The notes under the pieces are model-generated. The model worked only from the letters and a program-made list of their open reading frames with translations. It had not been told where the DNA came from and ran no database searches. Source: a virus. From it: a DNA stretch of 54,855 nt. The number at the start of each line of letters is the position of its first letter. The stretch's first letter is position 1. Made by a program: the position numbers and the translations under genes. Where the stretch lies: positions 1 to 54,855 of IMG/VR virus record IMGVR_UViG_3300031280_000001. One strand, written 5' to 3'. Shown here piece by piece: positions 9,901-18,816 of this stretch.

Positions 9901-11454
9901 ATCAGATCTAAATCCCCAGTCCTTATTATCACCTTTCCCGGCGGGATATAGCGGTTGAAATGAATCAAATGACGCTGAGACGCCATCTACATCTAGCATT
10001 GCAGGTGATCTGGAAGTTCCCGCAGGTTGAGTGTCCTGCCATACACGACTAAATACTTCATAAGCTCTATCCCAGGAATCAGTATCATCGGAATCATAAA
10101 GAGCATACTCTGGTCTTTCATCGGTATAAAGATTGGATAAAACTTCAGAAACCCCCGTCATGGCATCACGCCTATTTGGCATCTGATAATTCTCCAAATC
10201 TGGTATAGGTACAGCAAAAGTTAATCCTCCAAGGTCATCTACACATTGTATTGCGTATCCGAATCTCTCTCCCCTGGTAGAATTCTTTCGATAAACTTGA
10301 TTCCACGTTTTACTAAAACCCTCAAATCCAAGATCCATATTAACCGGCTGAGCGCGTTTACTTTCACTATCTATAATGAATGCATTATCAGATAATGAAG
10401 AAAGATCTCTAGCTTCATATTCAACACCCCCTATAACCAAGCGGCCATCAGTCAATCTGATTGTCTTACATAATTTAATTGCTTGAGATTCTAATTCTGA
10501 AGCTTCATCAAGCGGTAACCAATCAAGTCCATCCTTATCAATAAAATCAATAATATCATAAACCGTTGAGGATATATCAACCGCGGCGCCATCAGCATCA
10601 GCAACCAAGTTAAGATATTCCGGATTAGGACTAAAATCAGGAGATTGCCCAGTGTTATGCGCCGTACGTTTTATCTGCATATAAGCAAATCCAGCTTCGT
10701 TAGTTACACGAAATCTGATTCGTATACCTTTATTTGTTAGCCCACCAGGCTCATCACCAGTAGTAAACACTCCATTCTTTGTATTACCTGGAGTTGTAAT
10801 TACAGCCTCTGTATGAACCGGAATCACAGGAGTAGATGGTGACCAATTTGTGGCATTTCCTTGTGGATCAGTATAACGAACAGCATATGTATATCCACCA
10901 CCAATAAGTCCAGATCCGGCGCCCACATATTCAAGTCCTATAAATTTTGGCTGATTTGTATGGGTTACTAATTGTAACCTATGAGCCTCTGCATCATATT
11001 CCGTAAAGTATTTTTGAGTAGCAAAACTATTAATTACATCGTATAAATCATAATATACGGGTGCAGCCTGGCCGTCGGTTATATACATAATCCCATCATC
11101 CTCATCTATAGCCGCATCAATCATACCAATTCGGGACCCGGGAATGTCTGCGTGTTCTGCTACCTTAGTACCAGAAACGTAAATTGTTTTAACGTATGTG
11201 GATGTGTTATACCAAAACTCTACTACATAGTTCTCCGTTACCCAACTGAATAGACCTGTACAATATTGTGTTGCATCCTCTTCCCTATCTTCGTGAATAA
11301 CATCCCCCGGCGCTCTTTTATAGGTACCGTTAATAGTCCTACGCATCAAGTATGCTTGTCGTATTGAACTGTGATCCGGAACTAAAAGATTCTCATCAGT
11401 ATCTGCGTCTATTCCACGCAAAAATAAATTGGTAATGTATTCTAATGGTTTCAT
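6937..11454 (-). CDS. Large tail nozzle/muzzle (stabilization) protein, 1505 aa
   Basis: Size, beta-rich composition, and position after ring proteins and fibres and before HU and ejection genes, as in crAss-like phages. Confidence 0.6.
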   Translation of the reverse strand: MKPLEYITNLFLRGIDADTDENLLVPDHSSIRQAYLMRRTINGTYKRAPGDVIHEDREEDATQYCTGLFSWVTENYVVEFWYNTSTYVKTIYVSGTKVAEHADIPGSRIGMIDAAIDEDDGIMYITDGQAAPVYYDLYDVINSFATQKYFTEYDAEAHRLQLVTHTNQPKFIGLEYVGAGSGLIGGGYTYAVRYTDPQGNATNWSPSTPVIPVHTEAVITTPGNTKNGVFTTGDEPGGLTNKGIRIRFRVTNEAGFAYMQIKRTAHNTGQSPDFSPNPEYLNLVADADGAAVDISSTVYDIIDFIDKDGLDWLPLDEASELESQAIKLCKTIRLTDGRLVIGGVEYEARDLSSLSDNAFIIDSESKRAQPVNMDLGFEGFSKTWNQVYRKNSTRGERFGYAIQCVDDLGGLTFAVPIPDLENYQMPNRRDAMTGVSEVLSNLYTDERPEYALYDSDDTDSWDRAYEVFSRVWQDTQPAGTSRSPAMLDVDGVSASFDSFQPLYPAGKGDNKDWGFRSDMPCDQMDDHTYNFHQSLNNHIWSLGWAFTGINTNLLPSWVRGFKIVRTPPANRVLAQGLATYVFAQQGSQSPAEKEGSKLTFYSPDIDPFYGNKAYLYDDIINNPDDYQLQLVSVLGFNSSAFSGSYEAPNCYSVDLLSYANIAYENYIYNGLDPLAKIGRGSGHVTFGRWRNYLGLAGSNMGAGITSRSPDYLFDISSVEKIDGGQYGNSDGRSHMLELTVDAAVYAQLDTMTKSTGNDNVNRVFHEPVYIVNIVHNNANILTTNTQSYQDTGVYQKLESIIGTAIGGSGQTYALVDERPEDVHAAKIAAADADVRYIMVNGQRWMDVTLEASGSITTWGAAINSGGGLGTGYFTLYGKNYYGMYTITASWINNGQATIFTVDPKNPVTIKFDVVATLNFYPPEGDEIKVVYNNNSPIIVFGGDSFVGEVFNAVVDNKVNGAKSMGQITDSIQADAPTEQLQINGPMPGYTYRISGVNNAVFIPRHAKEAPVSGGGVQARSMYDNERTPVSDIIPDDYNITVDNIRQWVFGFICESKSNTILAYGDTYPRRNYVQRPTSYPARNTDEEPKDYYLRAAVYSDYYDKFGDEYLLWERGGFVTPQMLNYDYTKDVSARAVNKPLAGYAERVKFWQRLAFSLDKNPAIQNSPSLRTFLPINYYDLKRADRGQITILYDAVSGQGRNLYAVTESGLALVLTNKTVMRGAVGEQVGLIDLEGKFIQDEIWLNTAVGCPSQLSRSKSEGVMETADGQFVQALSWVNNKGVMLFFNNDVRNIIANWRDRLYAVCKGLPHGTNYPTLLTVFNERENELWVEMAGNMYVFNFFLNNWTHELPHDYDRMIFKNKESATYNEWPYLLGARADRLYSVENGTYTLLSDSEENMDPYIDIVINPDLHTSWEFIDYLLHANATPKEMIFDTGASSPNTDTPPVVRDLNPGLYSYIGRRDSGAKDTKAMQGPYLTIRITFDGSLTTAYEVKAIRVGFNNIIE

Positions 11455-11465
11455 AGATATGAAAT

Positions 11466-11515
11466 AAAAAAAAATCCCGCGGGCATGGATATACCCGTAC
11501 CCGTACCCGTGGGAT
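11466..11515 (-). terminator. Rho-independent terminator
   Basis: ATCCCACGGG...CCCGCGGGAT stem followed by a T-run on the minus strand. Confidence 0.75.
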
Positions 11516-11555
11516 CAGTTAATTATACTGGCCACGCTACTTGAGGTAGCTAATC

Positions 11556-12446
11556 TTATGCCTTAACGTCAGCTGTCCTGTTAGTCATATAGAACTTACC
11601 AGCGGCTTTATTATAAAACCCTTCAAGGATATCTTTAGCCGTTGAAGTCTGACTAGGCTCGGTACCTCCAGCAAATTGATACTGGGCGTCCCATGTAATG
11701 GTATGGTTACCATCCGTGACGATCTCAAGCCTTAAATACGAATTGTCCTGCATATTAATAGCTGGACCAATCGTGGTAGGTTCGGAACAAGCCAATTGAA
11801 ATACTCTGGCTATGTCAAGATTAGGAACAAATGTAGCTGCTATAGTACCGTTCAAGTCGCCGGTCAAATTTGCAACAGTTACAATAACTCTTTCAGTTGG
11901 AATAAGGTGCCGTCTCTTAGAAAAACCTAAGAGTGATGCTGGAGCAGTTGTATTAGCAACAGAACCAGCAAGATTACCAGATACGTTTGTAATAGTCGGA
12001 TGAGCAAATTCTTCCCCTGCATTAACAGAGGTGAAAATAAGAGTATCCGTTGAAGCGGTAACAACAATACCAACAGCTAAATATGCATCAGCATGAGCCG
12101 TTACAAAATTAGTATTAGTTTTAGTAAGGCTGGTATCCCAAGTTGCAAGCTTGGTTAAGCCCCCAGCGACAGCTACATTCGCCGTTCCGGAACTACCGGT
12201 TACGGTAATTGTATCAACCTGCTTTACGCTACCGATAACAGTACACTTAATACCCAGAAGGGTTAAAGCGGGCTGATGGGTAACCTGAAAGTCTTCACTG
12301 GTTTCGTCCAAATCGGTATCAAAGGTAGCTACATAACCTACGCCATTAACTGTGACGGCTGCAGTTCCCGAAGTACCGGTAAGAGTTACTGTATCACCAT
12401 CCACGGGGATAACAGCAACTTGATTTTTTTCATTAAATAATTTCAT
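11556..12446 (-). CDS. Tail fibre/decoration protein with repeated Thr-rich beta modules
   Basis: Two VTLTGTSGTA-type modules; C-terminus (TITWDAQYQFAGGTEPSQTSTAKDIL) resembles phage fibre tip domains. Confidence 0.55.
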   Translation of the reverse strand: MKLFNEKNQVAVIPVDGDTVTLTGTSGTAAVTVNGVGYVATFDTDLDETSEDFQVTHQPALTLLGIKCTVIGSVKQVDTITVTGSSGTANVAVAGGLTKLATWDTSLTKTNTNFVTAHADAYLAVGIVVTASTDTLIFTSVNAGEEFAHPTITNVSGNLAGSVANTTAPASLLGFSKRRHLIPTERVIVTVANLTGDLNGTIAATFVPNLDIARVFQLACSEPTTIGPAINMQDNSYLRLEIVTDGNHTITWDAQYQFAGGTEPSQTSTAKDILEGFYNKAAGKFYMTNRTADVKA

Positions 12447-12489
12447 GGTAGTAATTGTTATAAATGATTAAACGTTTAGATAATTCAAA

Positions 12490-13050
12490 TTAATATGCGA
12501 CTATTACCCCACCTGATATCATCACAGAGGTAAATTTTGTTTTTGCATGTATTTTCTCCCCAGCTGCTAATTCTCCATATACGCCATGATCCCCCAATGA
12601 GGAACCAACGTTAGCCGTAGTATGCGCTACTGTGCCGTCCAGGTCACCGGTTAAAGGTGCAATCACTGGAGCAACAATTGGTGTACCTACGATAGCTGCT
12701 GTAAATATAATATCAGCACCAGAGCTAGTAACAATTATAGCCTCTAATTTGTAAGCGGCAGCAAAAGAGGTTACAAAAGCAGCAGCTGTATCAGTGAGGT
12801 TTGTAGTCCACGTTACAACTTTGCTAAGTCCTCCGACTTCAGTTATTGTAGCAGTACCGCTAGTACCTGTTACAGTAACTGTCTCAACCTGCGCAACAGG
12901 TGTATCCTCAGCAGTATTTCCATTCTCTGCCAGATGTGTAAATGTAGCTGCAGTTATTACTTCAACAACGTGCGCGTCTATGGCATGGGGAACGTCAGTA
13001 ACTGCTATTCTCCTTGAACCATATTTCGATACTCTGTTATATCCTTCCAT
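12490..13050 (-). CDS. Structural (decoration) protein sharing the Thr-rich module
   Basis: QVETVTVTGTSGTATIT...GDLDGTVAHTTA is paralogous to the module in 11556..12446. Confidence 0.5.
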   Translation of the reverse strand: MEGYNRVSKYGSRRIAVTDVPHAIDAHVVEVITAATFTHLAENGNTAEDTPVAQVETVTVTGTSGTATITEVGGLSKVVTWTTNLTDTAAAFVTSFAAAYKLEAIIVTSSGADIIFTAAIVGTPIVAPVIAPLTGDLDGTVAHTTANVGSSLGDHGVYGELAAGEKIHAKTKFTSVMISGGVIVAY

Positions 13051-13061
13051 TGTTTAAATTT

Positions 13062-13853
13062 TTATGATGTCATTTTACTATTGTACTCAATAAGATCCCG
13101 CCACTTCTTAGTGTCAATCTGCTTCAATCTTGTCTTGGCCTCATGCCAGGCTCCATTAAATCCATACTCATCCAGCTGTAAGGCCGCATCAGTTTGAATC
13201 GTTCTATACCGCCTGTCACGGCCATCTGTGCTCTTCAATGCCCTGGCTGCTTTCTCGACTACCCACAAAGTTACGGCTTTTATCGCAAACGGCGGAACTA
13301 TTTTTATATTGTCAATATCCAGCTCAGATGTAGCTATACCTGTACCGACGATTCTGACATAATCATAGGCGCCACACGCTGAGGATAAGTAGATTATACC
13401 ATTCCGCGTATTAAAGTAATAAGCATTTCTAGGCGATTGCCTTAATGCGCTTACTTTGAAAAATGGGTCTGTTATATTATTCTCGTGATTATTTGCTGTG
13501 TATCCGGAAGCAGTCCATTCATCTTCTCTGATCACTCCACCCCTGGTTTCAAATCCCTTCTTCCAATAAACATTCTCAACATATCCAATATTATCCGGGG
13601 TCCCGGTAAAAAGGTGTATCTTATCAATATTATAGAATCCCTTGGGGACAGGTACCTTCATATCGTCAGGCATTATAATATCCTTAACTACTTTAATGAA
13701 AGGAACATCAAAGGATAATTCATCCATAGCTCTCTTCACTTGCTTCCGGTACCATCCGGGAGTTAATTTCTGCATCTCCTTATCATCCACATCTACTGTG
13801 GCGTCGGCTATAACTTCCTGTATACTAATAAGATCATCAAAAGAGAATGTCAT
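13062..13853 (-). CDS. Putative tail ring/adaptor protein
   Basis: Size and position; Y...NG.IYLS motif; one of three ~230-260 aa genes in tandem. Confidence 0.5.
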   Translation of the reverse strand: MTFSFDDLISIQEVIADATVDVDDKEMQKLTPGWYRKQVKRAMDELSFDVPFIKVVKDIIMPDDMKVPVPKGFYNIDKIHLFTGTPDNIGYVENVYWKKGFETRGGVIREDEWTASGYTANNHENNITDPFFKVSALRQSPRNAYYFNTRNGIIYLSSACGAYDYVRIVGTGIATSELDIDNIKIVPPFAIKAVTLWVVEKAARALKSTDGRDRRYRTIQTDAALQLDEYGFNGAWHEAKTRLKQIDTKKWRDLIEYNSKMTS

Positions 13854-14530
13854 TATTCAAGGTCTTTATTGGTAACGACGTTAATCGCCTGTTCTTTAAT
13901 TTGTTCATCATATTCCTTCGGCAACTTGGAAATAAATAATCCCATAGTAACCAATTCGTTCTTAAGTGTTGGTATCAACTCCTGAGGGATATCCAATTCA
14001 AGATCCAAATCCATGGCTGTATCATATGCCTGAAGGGTCACATATAAACCCGCCTCTATAGTCGTCAAATTTATTTGTTCACATCCAAGAAAGTATATCC
14101 TATCCCCAGAAGTATAGAAATACGGATTTTTAGCGGATGGCTTCTCATCTTCACTCATATATAATCTACGCGCCTGCGCGGGGGATATACGGGTGAATAC
14201 CACACTCGTGAATGTAGGTGAATTCAAATCCAATTGTGCTTTATAACTAAGATAGTTAATTCCCTTATCGTCCTTCATGTCATAGATAGACGTGGGTATT
14301 ATACAATAATTTCTACCTGTGTCCGGATCAACCAAAGCGTCAATACTAGGATATGTAACCATATACCGGCCAGTAAGCGTTTCACCTATGTGATAACGCC
14401 GTAACCGGTCCGCATGAAGAATGACCCAATAAGCCACTTGAGCTACGGTTACGTCAGCTTCGGGATGGTTCTCACGAACTGTCCGGAGAACATCGAAGAC
14501 TACTTGTCGTATGGTTGCGTTGCTGGCCAT
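13853..14530 (-). CDS. Putative tail ring/adaptor protein
   Basis: PYFYTSGDRIYF and LDIPQELIPTL motifs resemble tail tubular/ring proteins. Confidence 0.5.
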   Translation of the reverse strand: MASNATIRQVVFDVLRTVRENHPEADVTVAQVAYWVILHADRLRRYHIGETLTGRYMVTYPSIDALVDPDTGRNYCIIPTSIYDMKDDKGINYLSYKAQLDLNSPTFTSVVFTRISPAQARRLYMSEDEKPSAKNPYFYTSGDRIYFLGCEQINLTTIEAGLYVTLQAYDTAMDLDLELDIPQELIPTLKNELVTMGLFISKLPKEYDEQIKEQAINVVTNKDLE

Positions 14531-14532
14531 AA

Positions 14533-15249
14533 TTATATAAATAATGATACTAGTTCCTGAACATCCTTATCAGTTACTTGCATATTCTGAAGCGGCTGTT
14601 TGCCGGCCTGAATCATCATATACTGATAAGCTTTCATTAATACCGGTTGGTATAACACATACGGAAACTCAAACTCAGTATTGGCAGCAATTACCTTCGT
14701 TGGGGTCCTGAGATGAATTATTCCCACACTTCCTGGGGGTTTCGGACGCACAACTAAATATTGTGCGGGGGAGCCTGTTGGGGTAATAGTATTTATCTGA
14801 GTGTATGAATAAGCATTAATATCATCTGCTACTTCGGCATACCCGGGCTCAAAAGGATCTTCAGTCGCGCCACCGGAATCAATAAATGGTATAAATTTTG
14901 CCATCCTTGCTCCCGCCATTATATAATCAGTCGTACTTACAACAGGAACCGGATCAACGCCTACAAGCCTCCAAAGCGTTTCACCCGCTATTAAAGCACT
15001 TGTTATAGGAACCCTAACAGCATCCTCACCGTCGATTTGAGTAGGAGCGCATATTACTCCAAAAAGTAATTCATTAAATACAGTAGGCGCAAGTACGCCA
15101 CGCTCAAACGCTTTGTCAAACGCAGACATAATATATCTTACAGCCGCATTAATAGCCGGCATATGGTCATTAGTAAAATTATAGCGATCTGAATTCTCAT
15201 CATCGACAAGAAAATCCAAGTCCGCCTGCAACTCTGATGTAAGAATCAT
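14533..15249 (-). CDS. Putative tail ring/head-tail adaptor
   Basis: AINAAVRYI N-terminus and EFPYVLYQPVL C-terminus; position after the capsid genes. Confidence 0.5.
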   Translation of the reverse strand: MILTSELQADLDFLVDDENSDRYNFTNDHMPAINAAVRYIMSAFDKAFERGVLAPTVFNELLFGVICAPTQIDGEDAVRVPITSALIAGETLWRLVGVDPVPVVSTTDYIMAGARMAKFIPFIDSGGATEDPFEPGYAEVADDINAYSYTQINTITPTGSPAQYLVVRPKPPGSVGIIHLRTPTKVIAANTEFEFPYVLYQPVLMKAYQYMMIQAGKQPLQNMQVTDKDVQELVSLFI

Positions 15250-15252
15250 ATT

Positions 15253-16095
15253 TTACTCAGCTGATGGTTGGCCCAACAACCTTCTTCTGTCTATATCGCT
15301 TTGCAGCTCTTTTGCCGCGCCGATATATTCTTCAGCAAATACGCCTGTTAACATTCGACGTAAATCTTTGATGCCCATCTTATCGACACCATTAACACCC
15401 TTTTGATAACAGGTATTAATTACATTCTCATCCTTCATGGCTATTACTTGATTCGCAGCCTTAACCCGAAACTCGTTATATATACCATCTGATCGCATGG
15501 TTTGATTTAAACTCTCGAAAAATTCAACACCATATAACGGATGATTCCGTAAAAATTCAATCTCTCCTTTCAAATGCGTTGTAAAGGCACAATTATTAAC
15601 AATCGTTTCCTCATGTCCCTCCTTACGTCTATCGCTAGACGCATACTGAAGTGTGATCAACTTGTATGGAGGCATTACTTCCACACCCCTATGATCAAGG
15701 TATGAGCCGATTACATAAAAAACTCTCCTGGATGAAAACATGACGCCTTCGTCTTGAAAGTCTTCAGGAGGCACAGGCTTATACCTGGGCTTACCTTGAA
15801 CCTGCATAGATTGTGATAGCATCACTTGATCCGAAAGTAACTTGATTTGAACCGCCATGGCCCCTATCTTCGCTTCATTGGGATCGATTTTCGGTTGTGC
15901 CATAACTTCCACCTTATTGGGGGTAGGATTTGCGGCCTGCTCTTTCGCTGCCTGGAGATCTTTCTCCAGCTGTTCATTCTTTTTCTTCAATTCCATCAGC
16001 TCCTTCTGGCGCTTGATGTCCCCATCACTGAGTTTAGCCCTTGGAGCCGTTGCAGTCTTCTTTGAAGCTGGGGTAGTTTTTGTCTCGTTTTGCAT
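15253..16095 (-). CDS. Hypothetical virion-module protein
   Basis: Long ORF directly after the major capsid terminator, with its own conserved leader. Confidence 0.45.
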   Translation of the reverse strand: MQNETKTTPASKKTATAPRAKLSDGDIKRQKELMELKKKNEQLEKDLQAAKEQAANPTPNKVEVMAQPKIDPNEAKIGAMAVQIKLLSDQVMLSQSMQVQGKPRYKPVPPEDFQDEGVMFSSRRVFYVIGSYLDHRGVEVMPPYKLITLQYASSDRRKEGHEETIVNNCAFTTHLKGEIEFLRNHPLYGVEFFESLNQTMRSDGIYNEFRVKAANQVIAMKDENVINTCYQKGVNGVDKMGIKDLRRMLTGVFAEEYIGAAKELQSDIDRRRLLGQPSAE

Positions 16096-16118
16096 CTTAA
16101 TTTAATTTTATCACGTAT

Positions 16119-16153
16119 AAAAAAATAAGTAAGGGGACCAAAGTCCCCCTACT
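16119..16153 (-). terminator. Rho-independent terminator after major capsid gene
   Basis: AGTAGGGGGAC-TTTG-GTCCCCTTACT followed by TATTTTTT. Confidence 0.8.
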
Positions 16154-16163
16154 TTATATCATC

Positions 16164-17510
16164 CTACTGAGGATTATGAGCAGTTATCAAATTTGAAGTG
16201 ATACCAGTTGTATCAAGATAGAAAGACGACAATGGGTTGTTGAACTTCAAGCTCAGCATTCCCTGTGCCCACCATTCTGTATAGTCCTGAATCGAACCAT
16301 TCGTCCCCTTAGGAGAAGTCTGACCCAGTTCAATGGACTGGTATCCTTGCATACACACAGGATGGATAGTCTCAATATCAAGAACAAAAATACGATGTTG
16401 CCAGGTAACTGGAAAACAAGAAACTTCCTTAAACAATTCAGTTGTTACAGGAACGAAACTCATGTCTCCGATCTTATAGATCTGAAGGTTCAGATCACCA
16501 ATCTTATCATCCGGCTTATACCTTAAACCTGTTTCTTTCCAGGTTTTAGACAATTCATACAGAAGCGCGTTCTGTGCGAATACGAAGCGAACTCCGCCTT
16601 CAGATTTATAATCTGTCTCAAAACACAAAGTTTCAAACGATTCCTGAAGAGTAGCTTTGGTAACACCTGAGGCACTTGCCGAACCAGCAGCAACCATACT
16701 CGGGAAGATTCCCTGCATAGTCATCGCTTTGTAAGGAGCAGCACCATTAGTACCAGGTACTGTAATATTTACTTCACCCCTCATACCATTCCACAACGAA
16801 ATGAACATATCTTGAAGCAACAGATCCATCTGTTCTTTCTTGTCCAATTCATAGTAGTTAGTATTTGCAAGGTTGGCAAATTTAGTCATTTCCTTACGGC
16901 TCCAACGCTTGTCACGGTGCATCAACTGAATATAGTTGTACCGCTCAATCTTGGACATTCTATCGTAATGAGTCAGGAAATTCTGACCGTCAGCAATAAC
17001 GCCAGCTTGAATAGAGAAATAATCATCGGTAGACACTGCCGTAAGATCAGCAGCACCATTAAATTTCTGGACGGTAACTACGTCACCGGACACGGTCTTG
17101 ACAATACCCTTACTGTTATCAGGATATACAAGAACTTTATTAATGGTTACATTAGATCCACCACCAGCTGTCATGGTAATAGCCTGGGTTGCACCAGCCG
17201 CTACACCACCAGCAGCTTTGAGAGCTACCCTACCAAAAGTCTTCTCAAGATATGTAAACACATCGTTAGCTTCATATTGTATGGGTTTATCCATAAGTAA
17301 CCGCAAAGTGAAATATTTCTTAGGGACCGCATCAAAGATTTCACGAGCTATCGCTCTGCGAATCAGAATAGTTTCGTCATAACTAAATTCCGAAGCATAT
17401 TCTGAACCTATAGGTTGCAGGTTCCATGGTGCCGGATTATGAACCTCTGCGGGCTCTACCGGGGATGGTTGGGCAATATAGGAATTTGCACTGTTAAAAG
17501 GATCAGCCAT
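16164..17510 (-). CDS. Major capsid protein (HK97 fold, crAss/SU10-like)
   Basis: 448 aa after scaffold and portal, followed by a strong terminator; ERYNYIQ...EMDLLLQDMFISLWNG...MQGIFPS pattern. Confidence 0.8.
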   Translation of the reverse strand: MADPFNSANSYIAQPSPVEPAEVHNPAPWNLQPIGSEYASEFSYDETILIRRAIAREIFDAVPKKYFTLRLLMDKPIQYEANDVFTYLEKTFGRVALKAAGGVAAGATQAITMTAGGGSNVTINKVLVYPDNSKGIVKTVSGDVVTVQKFNGAADLTAVSTDDYFSIQAGVIADGQNFLTHYDRMSKIERYNYIQLMHRDKRWSRKEMTKFANLANTNYYELDKKEQMDLLLQDMFISLWNGMRGEVNITVPGTNGAAPYKAMTMQGIFPSMVAAGSASASGVTKATLQESFETLCFETDYKSEGGVRFVFAQNALLYELSKTWKETGLRYKPDDKIGDLNLQIYKIGDMSFVPVTTELFKEVSCFPVTWQHRIFVLDIETIHPVCMQGYQSIELGQTSPKGTNGSIQDYTEWWAQGMLSLKFNNPLSSFYLDTTGITSNLITAHNPQ

Positions 17511-17550
17511 TTTCTTAAGTATTATTTAAAAAGTTAAAATTATTAATTAA

Positions 17551-18735
17551 TTATCCTGAGGCCTTCATAAAACCAACCTCTTTCTGAACCGCTGCGGAGA
17601 TCTGATTTTGATCTGCTCCGCCTGAACCCACACCAGCTGCTGGTCGTTTATCACTGTGTTCAAGGATCTGTTCATTGGCTGCGGATTGTCCCTTATTTTG
17701 TGCCTTCGCAACTAAATCACCAATAGTGTGTTGCTGGGCCAGGATCGCCTCCTTACCAAATTCCTGCATTGCAATTCTCTCTGCGGCCTCTGCCTTATAA
17801 CTAAATCCATCGGGATTAAACAAGGTGTTCTGCAGGTCAGACGTCATTATGTCTCGTATCCGCTTTATCTCGGGCTCACCCATATCAGGGTTGTTGCTCC
17901 TCAGCAGCTTGATAGAGTTTTCAACAGATTGGTCGAATGTTTGTTGGACCACGTCTGCTTCTCGCTGATTCTGCTCCACTGTAGCAGTGTAACTTATTTG
18001 ATCCGTCTCGTACTTAGTTTTAGCCAGATTTTTCAGAGCATTAAAATGCTCGGTTTCCATCTCTTTAAACTCCTCATGTGAATATTTCTTATCACCGTAA
18101 TGGTTGATTAAATCATAATCGATATAAGTACCAAACGGTTTAGAGAAATCCAACGTGCCGCGTTGAGCAATGTTCTGGATTAATTGTGCATAATCCTGAT
18201 TTTTCAACGCCGCATTCATGATTAACGATACGTCAGTTGGCAATGATTTCAATGTACGTTCATATGTTTCAACTTGTGTCTGGAGTCCGCCAAGTTGTGC
18301 GGCCTCTGCTTTGAACTTACCGTGTTCTTTGATAAGTGCTTGCAGATCATTTACTTCTTTGAGATCCAGGTTATTTGCCTTCGCAAATGCCTGAACATCT
18401 TCGAATGAGGCCAAGGTAATGTTTCCGTCCTCATCCTCTACTGCTCCAAATGTCTTCGTTCCAAAAGCAGTTTTCACCGTTACCGGCTCTGCCACTTGTG
18501 TTACAGGTTTCGTAACTGCCCCTGCGGCGGCCGCTGCTGCTGCTGCTGCGTCTCCTCCTTTAGGTACTATTTTCTTAGGTTCTTGACCAGCTATTTGTGC
18601 CGGCGCCCCTGGCGCTGCTGCGCCTGCTCCTGTTCCTTTTCCTTTGGTAATCTCCGCTAGTGCGTCCGCACTCAAGACACCACCTGCCGCATTAGCTGCC
18701 TGTGCGCCATCTGCGGGTGCTTTTCCGTCTGCCAT
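17551..18735 (-). CDS. Putative capsid scaffolding protein
   Basis: Low-complexity Ala/Gly N-terminus and helical acidic body; lies between portal and capsid genes. Confidence 0.6.
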   Translation of the reverse strand: MADGKAPADGAQAANAAGGVLSADALAEITKGKGTGAGAAAPGAPAQIAGQEPKKIVPKGGDAAAAAAAAAGAVTKPVTQVAEPVTVKTAFGTKTFGAVEDEDGNITLASFEDVQAFAKANNLDLKEVNDLQALIKEHGKFKAEAAQLGGLQTQVETYERTLKSLPTDVSLIMNAALKNQDYAQLIQNIAQRGTLDFSKPFGTYIDYDLINHYGDKKYSHEEFKEMETEHFNALKNLAKTKYETDQISYTATVEQNQREADVVQQTFDQSVENSIKLLRSNNPDMGEPEIKRIRDIMTSDLQNTLFNPDGFSYKAEAAERIAMQEFGKEAILAQQHTIGDLVAKAQNKGQSAANEQILEHSDKRPAAGVGSGGADQNQISAAVQKEVGFMKASG

Positions 18736-18781
18736 CTTAATTTAATTTTATCACGTTGTTCTTATTTAGAATCATTCTAAG

Positions 18782-18813
18782 CAAATGTACATATAGTTTT
18801 AATACTTACCAAA
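18782..18813 (-). promoter_or_regulatory. Bacteroidota sigma-A promoter for scaffold/capsid operon
   Basis: TTTG-N20-TACATTTG on the minus strand. Confidence 0.7.
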
Positions 18814-18816
18814 AAA

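Noticed and set aside
11556-13050. Diversity-generating retroelement targeting fibre genes
   Set aside because: No reverse transcriptase and no near-identical template/variable repeat pair differing at adenines; the similarity is at protein level only.
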